A stretch of 63,867 nucleotides of DNA, the filler included, from Octopus bimaculoides (lineage: Eukaryota): assembly GCF_001194135.2 (NCBI RefSeq). It is 8 parts of 7 records of this genome, joined end to end, with 100 filler letters (N's around TTAATTAATTAA, not from the genome) between each part and the next. Parts side by side here need not be neighbours in the genome. Positions count along the whole stretch, not along the records: positions 62,228 to 63,867 come from NW_026378488.1; 7 more parts are not named here. The stretch is one strand, 5' to 3'. Under the pieces are notes generated by a model. The model ran no database searches and was not told the DNA's origin. It was given only the letters and a program-made list of their open reading frames with translations. A program made the position numbers and the translations under genes. Each line of letters opens with the position of its first letter. Position 1 is the first letter of the stretch. Below, one piece after another: positions 62,642-63,867 of the stretch.

Positions 62642-63265
62642 TTCCACTACGTAACGAAGGATTACTGCTATGAAACAGCAGCTCTAAACCATCGTCTGCA
62701 TCTGAAAGAATATATCGGAAACGGCTTGTGAATTTCATGGTACCATGGGCAAGTGACTTCTACTATAGCCTCGGGCTTAGATAGCCTTGTGAGTGGATTT
62801 GGTTGACGGAAACTGAAAGAAACCTGTCGTATACGTGTGTGTGTGCGTGTGTGTGTGTATGTGTTCCACCACACCATCACTTGACAACCGATGTTGGTGC
62901 GTTTCCGTTCCCGTAGCTTAGCAGTTCGGCAAAAGACACCGATAGAATTAAGTGCTAGACTTACAAAGAATACGTCCTGAGGTCGATTTGTACGACTAAA
63001 GGCGGTGCTCCAGCATGGCCGCAGTCAAATGACTGAAACAAGTAAAAGAATAAAAGAATAAACGTAATGTCCGCTAGAAGGCGCCGCGTATCTGAAAAAA
63101 TTCTGACTGTAAATTCGAAAAGATCCGACTAAATTGTTGACGATAGATTGAGACTTTATGTTCCCGAAAAGATATTTTTTCCACTAAGGAATTACTGCTA
63201 TGAAACAGCAGCTCCAAGCCATCGTCTGCCTCTGAAAGAACATACGGAAATGGTTTGCAAATTTC
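62642..63265 (+). repeat. ~90-bp direct repeat pair (62642-62736 and 63179-63265) around the SINE
   Basis: ATTACTGCTATGAAACAGCAGCTC.AA.CCATCGTCTGC.TCTGAAAGAA is shared. Confidence 0.85.
62737..63062 (+). mobile_element. SINE A, head truncated
   Basis: GGGCAAGTGACTTCTACTATAGCCTCGGGC ... GAAACAAGTAAAAGAATAAAAGAATA. Confidence 0.9.
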
Positions 63266-63867
63266 GTTTGTAGCTAAAACTAAGATATTAGCTTCTTTGA
63301 AAAGACCACAAAGTAGAACTTCCTAAATATAGACGCAGCGAACTGTCTCTCATTTCTCACTCGATTGCTAAACTACTAACGTTCTGTAAAGATGAAGAAA
63401 AAAAAGAAAGAATACATTTCATTAATTTCTTGCAGGCTGTAATTATTTCCCATCTGTGAAAAATGTCTCGCTTCATAAAATGTTTAATTCTATATTTCGG
63501 GTAATGCGATGCTGATGATTTTTAAAAAGAATGAAATAGTGCTATACATGATTACTCTTACACCCAACTGGATATTTAAGAATTTCGTAACAAACAAGCA
63601 ACGAAAATATTAAATACGTGCATTCTATAAGTCTTTTACCTAATAATTTTTTAATTTCAAATTCAAACATCAAAGTCTGCCAAATACTACGAATGATTAC
63701 CTCAATTATAATAATACACTGTTTGATAAATTAATATATACACATGGATTAATAACAATTTCTTTCTCTCTCTCTCTCTCTCGATCGCGAGCTCTTTTTC
63801 ACTTTCTCCCTCTTTTTTTCTTTCTCTCTCTTTCTTTCTTCCTCTCTTTTTTCTTCATATATATATA

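Overview
This is AT-rich, microsatellite-saturated animal genomic DNA. The SINE families look like those of an octopod cephalopod draft assembly (recognition only, not searched). The window is not contiguous: seven identical 100-bp artificial spacers (44 N + TTAATTAATTAA + 44 N) join eight separate scaffolds, and there are also ordinary N gaps. No intact host gene, rRNA, tRNA or CRISPR array can be supported. Almost all ORFs in the supplied track are microsatellite or N-gap artefacts. The window is mostly mobile DNA: about 30 tRNA-derived SINE copies or fragments from at least four families; degenerate remnants of Penelope-like (RT and GIY-YIG), RTE, CR1, R4/Dong-like and L1/Tx1 retroelements; DD41D, mariner and pogo/Tigger transposase remnants; and several MITEs with clear TIRs or TSDs. 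The most notable signals are: (1) a minimal type-I hammerhead-ribozyme fold with a non-canonical CUGUUGAA core in a small Penelope-like repeat (53712-53748, with a degenerate second copy at 43131-43165); (2) a 110-bp MITE with a telomere-repeat core and a 9-bp TSD; (3) a Dong-like element ending in (TAA)n, plus head-to-tail SINE arrays built in (ATT)n tails; (4) a GTCGA-N5-TCGAC module shared by two SINE families; (5) a SINE-derived 38-bp minisatellite; and (6) a 148-bp-TIR element carrying an exon-like insert.
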